A stretch of 64,000 nt of DNA from a bacterium (GTDB lineage: Bacteria > Patescibacteriota > Gracilibacteria > UBA1369 > GCA-2718715), in contig JABJGM010000002.1 of assembly GCA_018662325.1 (NCBI GenBank), positions 8,996-72,995 on the forward strand, written 5' to 3'. How positions within the stretch are numbered: position 1 is the first letter of the stretch; every line of letters starts with the position of its first letter. Under the pieces are notes generated by a model that saw only the letters and a list, made by a program, of their open reading frames with translations, was not told the DNA's origin and searched no databases. Made by a program: the position numbers and the translations under genes. Below, in pieces: positions 35,714 to 45,606 of the stretch.

Positions 35714-37519
35714 ATGCATCCTAATATTCTTCGGCAAAAATTCTTAGACTTTTTTAAAAAAAGAAATCACACAGTTATCCCCTCTAGCTCACTAATTCCT
35801 GAAAATGACCCTACTTCACTTTTTAATACCGCAGGTATGCAACCTTTAGTTCCTTACTTGTTAGGAGCTGAACATCCAAATGGATCAAGATTGGTAAATA
35901 GTCAGAAGTGTGTAAGAACTATTGATATTGAAGAGGTTGGAGATGATACTCATTGTACATTTTTTGAAATGCTAGGAAATTGGTCACTTGGTGATTATTT
36001 CAAGGAAGAATCTTTAAAATGGAGTTTTGAGTTTTTAACAGCTTCCGAATCTGAAGGAGGGCTTGGATTAGATAAATCAAGATTTTGTGTAACTTGCTTT
36101 AAAGGAAATAAAGATGTTGAGAGAGATCATGAGGCTATTAAAATTTGGGAAGAGCTGGGATTTGTATTATCAGATAATGCTACTAAAGAAGATCGAAATA
36201 GAATTTATTTATTTGATGAGGATTGTTGGTGGAAACTAGCTGAAACTGGACCTTGTGGGCCAGATTCTGAAATTTTTTACTACGCTGGAGACTTAAATGA
36301 TCCAAAATACCTCAACAATGAATACTGTCCGAATGATGAAACTGATCTTTACGTGGAAGTTTGGAATAATGTATTTATGGCTTATTTTAGAAATGAAGAT
36401 AAATCGGTAACGCCTTTAAAGAAAAAAAATATTGATACTGGAATGGGATTCGAAAGAATTGTAAGTTTTGTTAACGGTGTAAACTCTCCTTACGAAACTC
36501 CTCTGTTTTTAGGTGCTATTAATTTGATAAAAGATTCTTGCAATGAATACAATGAAAAATCAGCTAGAATTATCTCTGACCATACAAGATCGGCTGTCTT
36601 TTTAATGGGGGAAAAAAATGCAGTAACTCCATCTAATCAAGATCAAGGTTATGTACTAAGAAAGTTAATTCGTAGAGCCGTAAGACATGCTAAAAAATTA
36701 GGTATGCCAGCAATGGAAATGATAGAAATTGCAAAGAATTTCATTGTTTTATATGGAGAATACTATACTAACTTAAATGAAAATCAGGATTTTATATTAA
36801 ATGAATTAGAACAAGAGATTAAACAGTTTGAAAAAACTTTAATCAGTGGTGAAAAAATGTTTGCTAAATTCTTAGAAAAAACTGAAAAAGTTCTATCTGG
36901 AGTTGATGCGTTTCACTTATACGATACCTTTGGATTTCCAATTGAAATGACTTGTGAGTTAGCTGAAGAAAATGGTATTGAAGTTGATTTAGAAGGATAT
37001 GAAAAAGCTTTTCAAGCCCATAAAGATTTATCAAAAGCAAACTCTGCCCAAAAATTTAAAGGTGGTTTAGCCGATCACTCTATGGAAAGTACTAAATTAC
37101 ATACTGCCACTCACTTACTTCATCAAGCTTTAAGAAATATTCTTGGGGATCATATTGAACAAAAAGGTTCTAATATTACTCCTGAAAGATTAAGATTTGA
37201 TTTTAATCATACGGAAGCTGTCTCTAAAGAGCATTTAATTGAAGTAGAAAACTTAGTAAATGAGCAAATTCAAAGAGATCTTCAAATTTCTAACTCAGTT
37301 ATGTCTGTTGATGAAGCTAAAGAACATGGAGCCATTGGACTTTTTGAAGATAGATATGGTGATAGTGTGAATGTTTATAAAATTGGTGACTTTTCACTAG
37401 AAATTTGTGGAGGTCCACATGTTGAAAATACTGGTCAAATAGGAAAGTTTAAAATTAAAAAAGAACAAAGTTGCGGAAAAGGAATTCGTAGAATTAAAGC
37501 AGTAATCTCTAATGATTAA
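35714..37519 (+). CDS. alaS: Alanine--tRNA ligase, short form (601 aa) lacking the C-Ala domain
   Basis: ...FLDFFKKRNHTVIPSSSLIPENDPTSLFNTAGMQPLVPYLLG... is the class II catalytic core. Editing-domain motifs HTATHLLHQAL and CGGPHV are present. The protein ends about 35 aa after CGGPHV. Confidence 0.9.
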   Translation: MHPNILRQKFLDFFKKRNHTVIPSSSLIPENDPTSLFNTAGMQPLVPYLLGAEHPNGSRLVNSQKCVRTIDIEEVGDDTHCTFFEMLGNWSLGDYFKEESLKWSFEFLTASESEGGLGLDKSRFCVTCFKGNKDVERDHEAIKIWEELGFVLSDNATKEDRNRIYLFDEDCWWKLAETGPCGPDSEIFYYAGDLNDPKYLNNEYCPNDETDLYVEVWNNVFMAYFRNEDKSVTPLKKKNIDTGMGFERIVSFVNGVNSPYETPLFLGAINLIKDSCNEYNEKSARIISDHTRSAVFLMGEKNAVTPSNQDQGYVLRKLIRRAVRHAKKLGMPAMEMIEIAKNFIVLYGEYYTNLNENQDFILNELEQEIKQFEKTLISGEKMFAKFLEKTEKVLSGVDAFHLYDTFGFPIEMTCELAEENGIEVDLEGYEKAFQAHKDLSKANSAQKFKGGLADHSMESTKLHTATHLLHQALRNILGDHIEQKGSNITPERLRFDFNHTEAVSKEHLIEVENLVNEQIQRDLQISNSVMSVDEAKEHGAIGLFEDRYGDSVNVYKIGDFSLEICGGPHVENTGQIGKFKIKKEQSCGKGIRRIKAVISND

Positions 37520-38570
37520 AACTATTACATTTATTCGCTTCCCATTTGAATCTAGAATGGGTGGCGAAGAACTACATACCGTAAAGCTGGCTGAATTCTT
37601 TAATAATAACGGATTCAAAGTAAGACTGATTTCAAGTTGTAAGGTTTTAATTTCAGAATTCAAGAAATTAGGACTTGAAGTTTATGAATTTAAACCTTTT
37701 AGAGCTCCGGTTACAAAAATATCTATGCTTGCTTTTATAATAAAATACCCGTGGAGTTTATTTAGATTTAAAAGTAAATTTAATTCTGATTTTTTTGAAA
37801 ATGAAGCTTGTACTTTTCTCTTAAATATTGGAGAGAAAATTATTTTCTCTAAGTATTTATCCAAGGTTAGTAGCAAAGTTGTTTTTATGGAGCATGCCAG
37901 AATTGGAAATTTCATCCTTAAAAATCCTTTTTTATCGCATTTAAGAAAAGTTTCTAAGCTTAAAACTATTGAAATAGTTAGTGTCTCAAAAATAATGGAA
38001 CGAGATTTAATCAAAGCTTATAATCAAAAGGCTACTATTATTCCAAATGCAATTTATAATCTTAAAACACTAAGAAATAAAACTGATTATAAATTAAAGA
38101 AAATTGGTTACCTTGGTAGATTTACAGAGGATAAAGGATCAAACTTAATAATCAAACTAGCCTCTAAAAACAAAGATATTGAATTTTTAGTAAGTACTGA
38201 AAAGTTTGAAAATTCTCCAAACAACTTAAAATGCCTAGGTTATTTAAAAGGCAAAAAACTAGAAGAATTTTGGGATCAAATCGATTTACTTTTACTTCCT
38301 GCCAGTAAAATTGACCCTTTCGGATTAGTTGTGCTTGAAGCAATGCAAAGGAAAGTACCAGTCTTGATATCTAATAATGTTGGTGCTAAAGATTATTTCA
38401 AAAAAGATTTAGAAATATTTATAGAAGACTTAGATAAGATAGAAAATAAAATTCAAGATTTAAAATCTAAAGAAAAGCTTATGCAAAAAGTTGCATTAAA
38501 TGCATTTAAAAAGATTAGCTCTATGACAGATGATAAAATGCACCAAAGTTATTTAAATCTTTTTAAGTAA
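37512..38570 (+). CDS. GT-B glycosyltransferase (family 4/1-like)
   Basis: ...GRFTEDKG... and ...DPFGLVVLEAMQRKVPVLISNNVGAKDYF... form the E-x7-E region of the Glycos_transf_1 domain. Confidence 0.75.
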   Translation: MIKTITFIRFPFESRMGGEELHTVKLAEFFNNNGFKVRLISSCKVLISEFKKLGLEVYEFKPFRAPVTKISMLAFIIKYPWSLFRFKSKFNSDFFENEACTFLLNIGEKIIFSKYLSKVSSKVVFMEHARIGNFILKNPFLSHLRKVSKLKTIEIVSVSKIMERDLIKAYNQKATIIPNAIYNLKTLRNKTDYKLKKIGYLGRFTEDKGSNLIIKLASKNKDIEFLVSTEKFENSPNNLKCLGYLKGKKLEEFWDQIDLLLLPASKIDPFGLVVLEAMQRKVPVLISNNVGAKDYFKKDLEIFIEDLDKIENKIQDLKSKEKLMQKVALNAFKKISSMTDDKMHQSYLNLFK

Positions 38571-39605
38571 AGCTTTAAATTTTAAGTAGGTCTTTTTAAA
38601 GCTATAATTTTTTATAATAGAATCAGCATTGTGCTCTAACTGTTTTTGAAGCTCAAGATTATTATTTAGAAATAATATTTTATCAGATAATTCTATATGA
38701 TCTTCTTTATCAAAGTATAGACATGCATTTTTAAAGACCTCTTTAAACACTGGAATTTCTGAGATTAAACACGGTACTTTATTTTCTAAAGCTTCTAATA
38801 TTTGCAATCCAAAACCTTCAATTTTTGATGGATTCACTAAAATTGCAGTATTTGAAATGATAGTTTTTAATTCTAAATCACTAACATAGTCCTCTAATAT
38901 AACTTGATCCTGAAGATTGTTATCTTGAATGTATTTTTGAATTTCAGTGATATATGGATAAGTGAATTTTCCAACTAAAACTAACTTCTTATTTACTTGA
39001 TCTTTAATATGATTAAACGCTTTTAATAAAACTATTTGATTCTTTCTTTCTAAAAAAGTTGCATTAAAAGTAATATATTTATGATTTTTTTTATATTTTC
39101 GTTTTTTAAATTCAGAAGAACCTGGAAAAAACACATGTAAATTCTTAGATTTAGGATTAAAAGTCTTCTTGAAATCTTCTAACTGTGAATTTGTTGAAAA
39201 TAAAAATGTATTAGATTTAAACCTAGCTAATATTGGCAAGCAAATTCTTTCAACTAGCGTAGGAAAAAACTTATGACTAGAAGTTTTAAAGGAAATTAAG
39301 TCATGAACCACAACTACTGACTTACCTCCTAAAATAGAGATAATCAAAGGTGTTATATATGATTCAGATGCAAAGAATGTTAATTTATTTTTTAATATTA
39401 AAAAAGCTGACTGGATATGAAATAAAAGCTTTGAATACTTTTTAATATTTAAATTTTTATCTTTAATTTTTATATCTCTTGAAGTCGTAAAAGCATAGAC
39501 CTTAGACTCCTTTAGCAAATGATCTAAGAGTCGTTTTGTATAAATAGCCTTTCCAGTTGGATGATCGGAAACTAAGTGGCGTACATCAATTGCAAAATTG
39601 AACAT
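38553..39605 (-). CDS. GT-B glycosyltransferase (family 4/1-like)
   Basis: ...EGFGLQILEALENKVPCLISEIPVFKEVF... Convergent with, and overlapping by 18 nt, the previous glycosyltransferase gene. Confidence 0.75.
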   Translation of the reverse strand: MFNFAIDVRHLVSDHPTGKAIYTKRLLDHLLKESKVYAFTTSRDIKIKDKNLNIKKYSKLLFHIQSAFLILKNKLTFFASESYITPLIISILGGKSVVVVHDLISFKTSSHKFFPTLVERICLPILARFKSNTFLFSTNSQLEDFKKTFNPKSKNLHVFFPGSSEFKKRKYKKNHKYITFNATFLERKNQIVLLKAFNHIKDQVNKKLVLVGKFTYPYITEIQKYIQDNNLQDQVILEDYVSDLELKTIISNTAILVNPSKIEGFGLQILEALENKVPCLISEIPVFKEVFKNACLYFDKEDHIELSDKILFLNNNLELQKQLEHNADSIIKNYSFKKTYLKFKALLKKI

Positions 39606-39658
39606 TATTTACTTTTTTACTTAATAAGATTATAGTTCATTTAAGTAAAATATCAATC

Positions 39659-40126
39659 ATGAAAATACCTTCAAGAATAACAGATATATTTCATAGATCG
39701 AGAAGAATAAAAAAAATTTACCACAATTTAAATATTATATATATTTTTTCGCTTGTGAGTCTTTTTTTTAACTTTTACTCTGATATAGATACTTACAACA
39801 CGGGTCTTAGTATTAATAGTTTTCAAGGAGAGCTTTCAATAATCGGAATTAACCTTCTAGTAATCCAATCAGTTTTAATAATTTATAACATTGATAAGAA
39901 CATAATTGACAAGAAAATTAAAATACTGAAAGGAATCCAGTTGGATCTTTCAAACTTAATAGGTATATGTTTTTCAATCTACCTAGTATTATTATATTTT
40001 TTTATAACTCAAAGTAATGCCTTTGGTGTTAATCCCCTTTTTAAAAATTACGGAATTGGATTCTATACTTTCTTAACACTACAAATTATAGCTTTATTTA
40101 AGCTATTGAAGATTAAGAATGTTTAA
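39659..40126 (+). CDS. Hypothetical small polytopic membrane protein
   Basis: 155-aa ORF with about 4 hydrophobic segments. No family recognised. Confidence 0.45.
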   Translation: MKIPSRITDIFHRSRRIKKIYHNLNIIYIFSLVSLFFNFYSDIDTYNTGLSINSFQGELSIIGINLLVIQSVLIIYNIDKNIIDKKIKILKGIQLDLSNLIGICFSIYLVLLYFFITQSNAFGVNPLFKNYGIGFYTFLTLQIIALFKLLKIKNV

Positions 40127-40184
40127 CTTTACAATTTTTTTAATATTTGTTTACTAATTTTTATTAAAATAATTACGAATTAGC

Positions 40185-40213
40185 TTGACGGTGAATATAC
40201 ACTCACCTATAAT
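40185..40213 (+). promoter_or_regulatory. Sigma-70-type promoter of recA (TTGACG - 17 nt - TATAAT)
   Basis: TTGACG at 40185-40190, an exact 17-nt spacer, and TATAAT at 40208-40213. It lies about 32 nt upstream of the preferred recA ATG. Confidence 0.55.
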
Positions 40214-40244
40214 TCAAATACAAAAAACATTTAACCAAAAAGAA

Positions 40245-41291
40245 ATGCCAACAAAAAAAATAACTGAAACGAAAAAAGTTGATGCTAATAAAGAAAATAA
40301 ACTCAAATCACTAGATGTAGCTTTAAGTCAAATTGAAAAAAGCTTTGGTAAAGGATCTATCATGAAACTAGGTGAAAATAAAAGAGCTTTAATTGAGACT
40401 ATCTCAACAGGATCGATTTCACTAAACATAGCATTAGGTGGGGGTATCCCAAAAGGAAGAATAAGTGAAATATATGGACCAGAAAGTTCAGGGAAAACAA
40501 CTTTAACACTTCACACAATAGCAGAGTGTCAAAAAAAAGGTGGTATTGCTGCATTCATTGATGCGGAACATGCACTAGACCCAGAGTATGCAAAAAAAAT
40601 CGGTGTAGATATTGATAATCTTTTAGTTTCACAACCAGATAGTGGTGAACAAGCTCTAGAAATTGTTGAAACTCTAGTTAGATCAAACGCAGTAGATTTA
40701 ATTGTAGTTGATTCAGTAGCTGCATTAACACCAAGAGCTGAAATCGAGGGTGATATGGGTGATTCTCACATGGGTCTGCAAGCTAGATTAATGAGTCAAG
40801 CTTTAAGAAAATTAACATCTATCGTATCAAGATCAAATGTATCTATAATCTTTATTAATCAACTTAGAATGAAGATTGGTGTAATGTTTGGAAATCCAGA
40901 AACTACAACTGGTGGTAACGCCTTGAAATTCTACTCTTCTGTAAGAATGGAAATTAGAAGCGCTGGTAAAATTGAAGGAAATGGACCAGATGGAAAGATA
41001 CTTGTAGGAAATAAAGCAAAAGTAAAAGTTGTTAAAAATAAAGTAGCACCACCATTTAAGATTGCAATATTTGATATTATGTTCAATAAAGGTATTTCGT
41101 ATGAAGGAGATCTGATTGATTTAGCTGAAAGATATAGTATTGCTAGAAAAGCTGGGGCGTTCTATTCGTATCAAGAGAAAACAATTGGACAAGGTAGAGA
41201 AAACACAAAAAACTATTTAATAGCAAATCCAGAAGTTGCACAACAAATGCACAAAGAAGTGGTTGAAAAAATAAAAGAAAGCATAGTTTAG
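40245..41291 (+). CDS. recA: Recombinase RecA
   Basis: ...[24 protein letters not shown]..., Walker [11 protein letters not shown], ...[19 protein letters not shown]..., ...[15 protein letters not shown]... I prefer the ATG at 40245, because the tracked TTG at 40185 coincides with the -35 box. Confidence 0.95.
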   Translation: MPTKKITETKKVDANKENKLKSLDVALSQIEKSFGKGSIMKLGENKRALIETISTGSISLNIALGGGIPKGRISEIYGPESSGKTTLTLHTIAECQKKGGIAAFIDAEHALDPEYAKKIGVDIDNLLVSQPDSGEQALEIVETLVRSNAVDLIVVDSVAALTPRAEIEGDMGDSHMGLQARLMSQALRKLTSIVSRSNVSIIFINQLRMKIGVMFGNPETTTGGNALKFYSSVRMEIRSAGKIEGNGPDGKILVGNKAKVKVVKNKVAPPFKIAIFDIMFNKGISYEGDLIDLAERYSIARKAGAFYSYQEKTIGQGRENTKNYLIANPEVAQQMHKEVVEKIKESIV

Positions 41292-41755
41292 TGGAAAAAT
41301 TTGATAAAAAAATGTATGCTCAAGCTTTGAAATATTTATCAATCAGAGAGTATTCTGAGCTTGAGTTATATAGAAAATTACAAAAAAAATTTGTATGCAA
41401 CAACTCACAAATAATTAAAGGAATTTTAGATAAGTTAAAAGGTTCAAATTACTTATCTGACGAAAGATTTACATCATCTAAAGTAAAAAGCCTTATTAAT
41501 AAAAAATATGGTCCGAATTATATAAAATTGAAAATGTTAAATTTTGGAGTTGATTCAAAAAATACAAATTCAGAAATTTATAAAAATATTGAATCGATTG
41601 AACTTAATTTAGAAGATTTAATAAATAGAAAATTTCAAGATTCTACTTTTGAAGAAAAAAATAAATTAATTCGTAAGTTAATTTCAAAAGGATACGATTC
41701 TTCAATGATTTTAAAGAAAATTGACGAATTCCTTGCAAAAATTGAATCTTCATAG
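41291..41755 (+). CDS. recX: RecA regulator RecX
   Basis: ...YAQALKYLSIREYSELELYRKLQKK... has helical-repeat RecX-like organisation. It is immediately downstream of recA, with a GTG start overlapping the recA stop by 1 nt. Confidence 0.75.
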   Translation: MEKFDKKMYAQALKYLSIREYSELELYRKLQKKFVCNNSQIIKGILDKLKGSNYLSDERFTSSKVKSLINKKYGPNYIKLKMLNFGVDSKNTNSEIYKNIESIELNLEDLINRKFQDSTFEEKNKLIRKLISKGYDSSMILKKIDEFLAKIESS

Positions 41756-41773
41756 TAAAATTTAACAGTGAAG

Positions 41774-41795
41774 TCAGCAAGGAGCTGATTTTTTT
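41774..41795 (+). terminator. Weak intrinsic terminator after recX
   Basis: TCAGC-AAGGA-GCTGA followed by TTTTTTT. Confidence 0.45.
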
Positions 41796-41818
41796 AAGAT
41801 AAAATTAACAATTATAAA

Positions 41819-43114
41819 ATGCAATCACAGTTTCAAGCTGCAATTAACCAACTATGCAGTGAGAAAAACTTACCTAAAGAGGAAGTTTTAGAATCAATTA
41901 AAGCAGCTTTAAAAACTGCCTACAAAAAAGATTATGGTAATAGAGAGCAAGAAATTGAAGTTGAACTTTCAGAGTCTGGTGAAAACGCAACAATTTACCA
42001 AGTGTTTACTGTAGTAGAAACTGTAGAGGATGCCGACTTAGAAATGACACCTAAAGAAGCAACTAAATACGAAAAAGCTGTAAAGGTTGGAGATGAAATA
42101 AGAGTAGATGTTACTCCTATGGAATTTGGTAGAATAGCAGCTCAAAGTGCAAAACAAGTTATCCTGCAAAAATTACAAGAATCAGAAAGAAAAATTATGT
42201 ATGATAATTTCAAAGATAGAGAAAACGAACTAATTAACGCACAAGTTCATAGAGTGCAAAATGGTCATGTGTTTATTGACTTAGGAAAGATTATAATTGA
42301 ACTTCCAAGAGATGCACAAATTAAAGGTGAAAGATATTTCGCTGGACAGAGACTAAAACTTTATTTAGATAAAGTTATTAAAACAACTAAAGGTCCTAAA
42401 CTGCTAATTTCAAGAACTCATCCAAAATTGGTTGCAAAACTTTTTGAATTAGAAATACCTGAGGTTCACCAAGGTTTAGTTAAGATTGTGAAAATTGCTA
42501 GAGATGCCGGATTAAGAACTAAAATGGTAGTTGAATCAACAGATCAAAAAATTGATCCTGTAGGATCTTGTGTTGGTCAAAAAGGTGTAAGAATCAAGAG
42601 TATAATGGAAGAGTTGAGCGGAGAAAGAATTGATATTATTCAAAACCCAAGTTCACAACAAAAACTAATTAGAGAAAGTTTATCTCCAGCAGAAATCAAG
42701 TTTATAGATCTAGATGAGGATAAATCAATTTTGAATATATATGTAACTGACGACCAAAGACCTTTAGCAATTGGTAAAAGAGGACAAAATGTAAGACTAG
42801 CATCGAAACTTCTTGAATTAGAAATTAATATAAAAAACTTTGAAGACTTAGATCCAGCTAAACAAAAAGAAGTTTTAGAGAAAGAAGAATCTACTTCAAA
42901 TGAGAATACCAAGGAAGAAAACATGCCTGATGAAACCCCTGATGTTGAAGATGTTCATGAATTAGGATTAGACGAAGAAACTATGGATGCATTAGTAGAA
43001 GCTAATTTAACTCAAATCATACAATTAAAAGGACTTAGTGTTAAAGACCTTTCAACTATTGAAGGAATAAGTAAGGAAGCTGCTGAAATAATTTTTGAAA
43101 AATTATCACAGTAA
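41819..43114 (+). CDS. nusA: Transcription termination/antitermination factor NusA
   Basis: N-terminal domain ...INQLCSEKNLPKEEVLESIKAALKTAYKK..., an S1 domain, two KH domains (...DPVGSCVGQKGVRIKSI..., ...AIGKRGQNVRLAS...) and an acidic HhH-like tail. Confidence 0.9.
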   Translation: MQSQFQAAINQLCSEKNLPKEEVLESIKAALKTAYKKDYGNREQEIEVELSESGENATIYQVFTVVETVEDADLEMTPKEATKYEKAVKVGDEIRVDVTPMEFGRIAAQSAKQVILQKLQESERKIMYDNFKDRENELINAQVHRVQNGHVFIDLGKIIIELPRDAQIKGERYFAGQRLKLYLDKVIKTTKGPKLLISRTHPKLVAKLFELEIPEVHQGLVKIVKIARDAGLRTKMVVESTDQKIDPVGSCVGQKGVRIKSIMEELSGERIDIIQNPSSQQKLIRESLSPAEIKFIDLDEDKSILNIYVTDDQRPLAIGKRGQNVRLASKLLELEINIKNFEDLDPAKQKEVLEKEESTSNENTKEENMPDETPDVEDVHELGLDEETMDALVEANLTQIIQLKGLSVKDLSTIEGISKEAAEIIFEKLSQ

Positions 43115-43127
43115 TTATTGAAACATT

Positions 43128-43153
43128 AAAAAGCCTCATAATGAGGCTTTTTT
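43128..43153 (+). terminator. Intrinsic terminator after nusA
   Basis: AAAAAGCCTCAT/AATGAGGCTTTTT is a GC-containing stem followed by a T-run. Confidence 0.7.
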
Positions 43154-43202
43154 TATTTTAATGATTTTATGATATAATAAAGATAATAATTATTTTTCTT
43201 TA

Positions 43203-44894
43203 ATGGACTCAAAAAAAATACAAGCTGCATCTAGTAGAAAAAAATCAAAGAATAAAGATGATAAAAAATCTGGATTAGACCTAAGTAATAAAATTAACTT
43301 AGAGATTCAAGAAGAAATTGTTAAGAAAAAAGCTGAAGCTCTAGGGAAAAAATATGGGTATGTAAATTTAATATCTACCCCTATAAATTCAGATCTTTAT
43401 GAGTTTTGGGATATAAAGGAACTGAAGGAAGCTTTGATCATCCCCTTTTTTAGAGTGGGTTCAAAAGTTAGAGTGGCTATAAATGATCCTAACTTTTCAA
43501 AAACAAAAGAAGTACTAGAGAAAATGAAAAAAGAAGGATTTGAACTACAACTTAATTTAGCATCACGGATTGGAATCTTGTATCAATTAAAGAAATTTAC
43601 AGAGGGTAAAATTAAAGATGATAAAATCGAAAATGTATTAGATGAAAAACTAATAGAAACGTACCAAAAAGAAATTGAAACCTTATCAAGGTTAGGAGAA
43701 AGTATTTCGCTTTCAACTTTATCAAAAGGTATAAACGATTTATTAGTTGGAGGAATCAAAACAAAAGCTTCTGACATACATATGCAACCACAGGAGGAAA
43801 AGACTTTAGTTAGATTTAGAATAGATGGAATGCTTCAAAAAGTACTAGAATTTGATAATAAAATTTACAAAGAATTATCCAAGCAGATTAAATATAAATC
43901 GGGATTAAGACTTAATGTAAATGATATACCACAAGATGGTAGATTGTTTTTTGAAGTAAATGAACATAAAATTGATGTTAGAGTTTCAACGATACCTACC
44001 GAATTTGGCGAAACAATAGTACTAAGACTTTTGGATTCAAGAAAACAGTTTTTAGATTTAGATCACTTAGGCTTTAACGAAAGAGATCTATCAATTCTAA
44101 ATGAAATTTCAAGTCTTTCGCAGGGTATGATTTTAGTAACTGGTCCAACAGGAAGTGGTAAAACAACTACTTTATACTCATTACTAGCTAGATATAACAC
44201 ATCAGACCGAAAAATAATAACCTTAGAAGATCCTATCGAGTATCACCTAGACAGAATTGTTCAAAGTCAAATTAATGAAAAAAAGGGTTATACTTTTAAG
44301 ATGGCGCTTGAATCGGTATTAAGACAGGATCCAGATGTTGTAATGATTGGTGAGGTTCGTGACTTAGAGACTGCAAACACAGCTTTACAAGCATCCTTAA
44401 CTGGACACGTTATGCTTTCTACATTGCATACCAATAGTGCACTTGAGGCTATCCCAAGATTGAGAAATATGGGATTAGAACCATATCTCATTGCACCCTC
44501 ATTAGATACTGTTATGGCTCAAAGATTATTAAGAAAGTTTTGTCACCATTGCGTAGAAGAAAATGAAATTAGCCAAAAAGATTTAGGTATTTTGGAAGCA
44601 GAAGCTGAAAAAATTTCAAAAATAACTAAGAAATCTTATATTGTTCCGTCTAAACTCCCTTGTGCAAAAGGTTGTGAAAAATGTAATCATACTGGTTACC
44701 TAGGACGAATTGTAATTTGTGAAATTTTTAGAATAGATCAGGAATTCCGAGATATGATCTCTGAAGACGTTCCTTTTTCAAAACTTCTTCAAAAAGCTCA
44801 AAAAGAAGGTATGATAACAATGTACCAAGATGGTATTTTGAAGGTTATCAACGGTCAGACTTCTTTATCTGAAGTTTTAAGAGTAACCAAATAA
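43203..44894 (+). CDS. pilB: Type IV pilus / type II secretion assembly ATPase (PilB/GspE family)
   Basis: Walker A VTGPTGSGKTTT, ...LRQDPDVVMIGEVRD..., ...TGHVMLSTLHTN..., and a tetracysteine cluster CHHC...CEKC typical of GspE/PilB. Confidence 0.9.
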   Translation: MDSKKIQAASSRKKSKNKDDKKSGLDLSNKINLEIQEEIVKKKAEALGKKYGYVNLISTPINSDLYEFWDIKELKEALIIPFFRVGSKVRVAINDPNFSKTKEVLEKMKKEGFELQLNLASRIGILYQLKKFTEGKIKDDKIENVLDEKLIETYQKEIETLSRLGESISLSTLSKGINDLLVGGIKTKASDIHMQPQEEKTLVRFRIDGMLQKVLEFDNKIYKELSKQIKYKSGLRLNVNDIPQDGRLFFEVNEHKIDVRVSTIPTEFGETIVLRLLDSRKQFLDLDHLGFNERDLSILNEISSLSQGMILVTGPTGSGKTTTLYSLLARYNTSDRKIITLEDPIEYHLDRIVQSQINEKKGYTFKMALESVLRQDPDVVMIGEVRDLETANTALQASLTGHVMLSTLHTNSALEAIPRLRNMGLEPYLIAPSLDTVMAQRLLRKFCHHCVEENEISQKDLGILEAEAEKISKITKKSYIVPSKLPCAKGCEKCNHTGYLGRIVICEIFRIDQEFRDMISEDVPFSKLLQKAQKEGMITMYQDGILKVINGQTSLSEVLRVTK

Positions 44895-45536
44895 ATTCAT
44901 TCTGATTTTGTCTTGAATCAAGTCAGTGAAGGCTGAAGTGTTTTCAATCAATCGTGCTCCATTAGCTATTAATTTTAAACAGCCTAAATAAGTTTCATCA
45001 TTTAATCTTCCAGGTAAACAACAGACATCCTTTCCTAAATCTAAAGCAAAATCAGCAGTATGCAAAGAACCAGAATCTTTAGAGGCTTCATTTATGTAAA
45101 CTAAATCAGAAATAGAAGCAATCAACCTGTTTCTTTTTACAAAATCATATTTATTTGGAATGTATCCATCAGGACTTTCTGATATTAAAAGACAATTTTC
45201 AGGCATCTTATCAAAAAGATAGGAGTATCTTTTTGGAGTATAATTTTGTACTCCAGATGCAAGAATTATTATAAGTGGTATATTATATTTCAAACTCATT
45301 TTTACAGCTTGAATATCAGTTCCATAAGCTCCACCTGTAACAACAACAACATTCTTAAATACATTATTTTCAAAAAAGTTGTCCAACATTAAATATCCAT
45401 AACGACTTTGTATTCTTGATCCAACAATAGCAACTTTTAATTTCTGGGAAAGTAACAGTTCAGTATCTCCTCTCAGGTAAATTTGCTTAGGAGGTTTATG
45501 TAAATTTTGGAATTTTTTTAAATATTTATTTTGCAT
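44877..45536 (-). CDS. dprA: DNA-processing protein DprA (Rossmann-fold core only)
   Basis: ...VAIVGSRIQSRYG..., ...VVTGGAYGTDIQA..., ...FVKRNRLIASISD..., ...SGSLHTADFALDLGKDVCCLPG... The 219-aa length means there are no SAM or winged-helix extensions. Confidence 0.8.
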   Translation of the reverse strand: MQNKYLKKFQNLHKPPKQIYLRGDTELLLSQKLKVAIVGSRIQSRYGYLMLDNFFENNVFKNVVVVTGGAYGTDIQAVKMSLKYNIPLIIILASGVQNYTPKRYSYLFDKMPENCLLISESPDGYIPNKYDFVKRNRLIASISDLVYINEASKDSGSLHTADFALDLGKDVCCLPGRLNDETYLGCLKLIANGARLIENTSAFTDLIQDKIRMNLFGYS

Positions 45537-45606
45537 AAAAAGAGTTTAGACATCTACACTATTGTGTATAAGAGTAAAATTCTTTTAAAAATTAATTAAC
45601 AAAAAA

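Noticed and set aside
40185-40244. Tracked TTG start giving RecA a 20-aa N-terminal extension ([20 protein letters not shown]).
   Set aside because: The TTG is the first base of a TTGACG-17-TATAAT promoter. RecA homology begins after the ATG at 40245.
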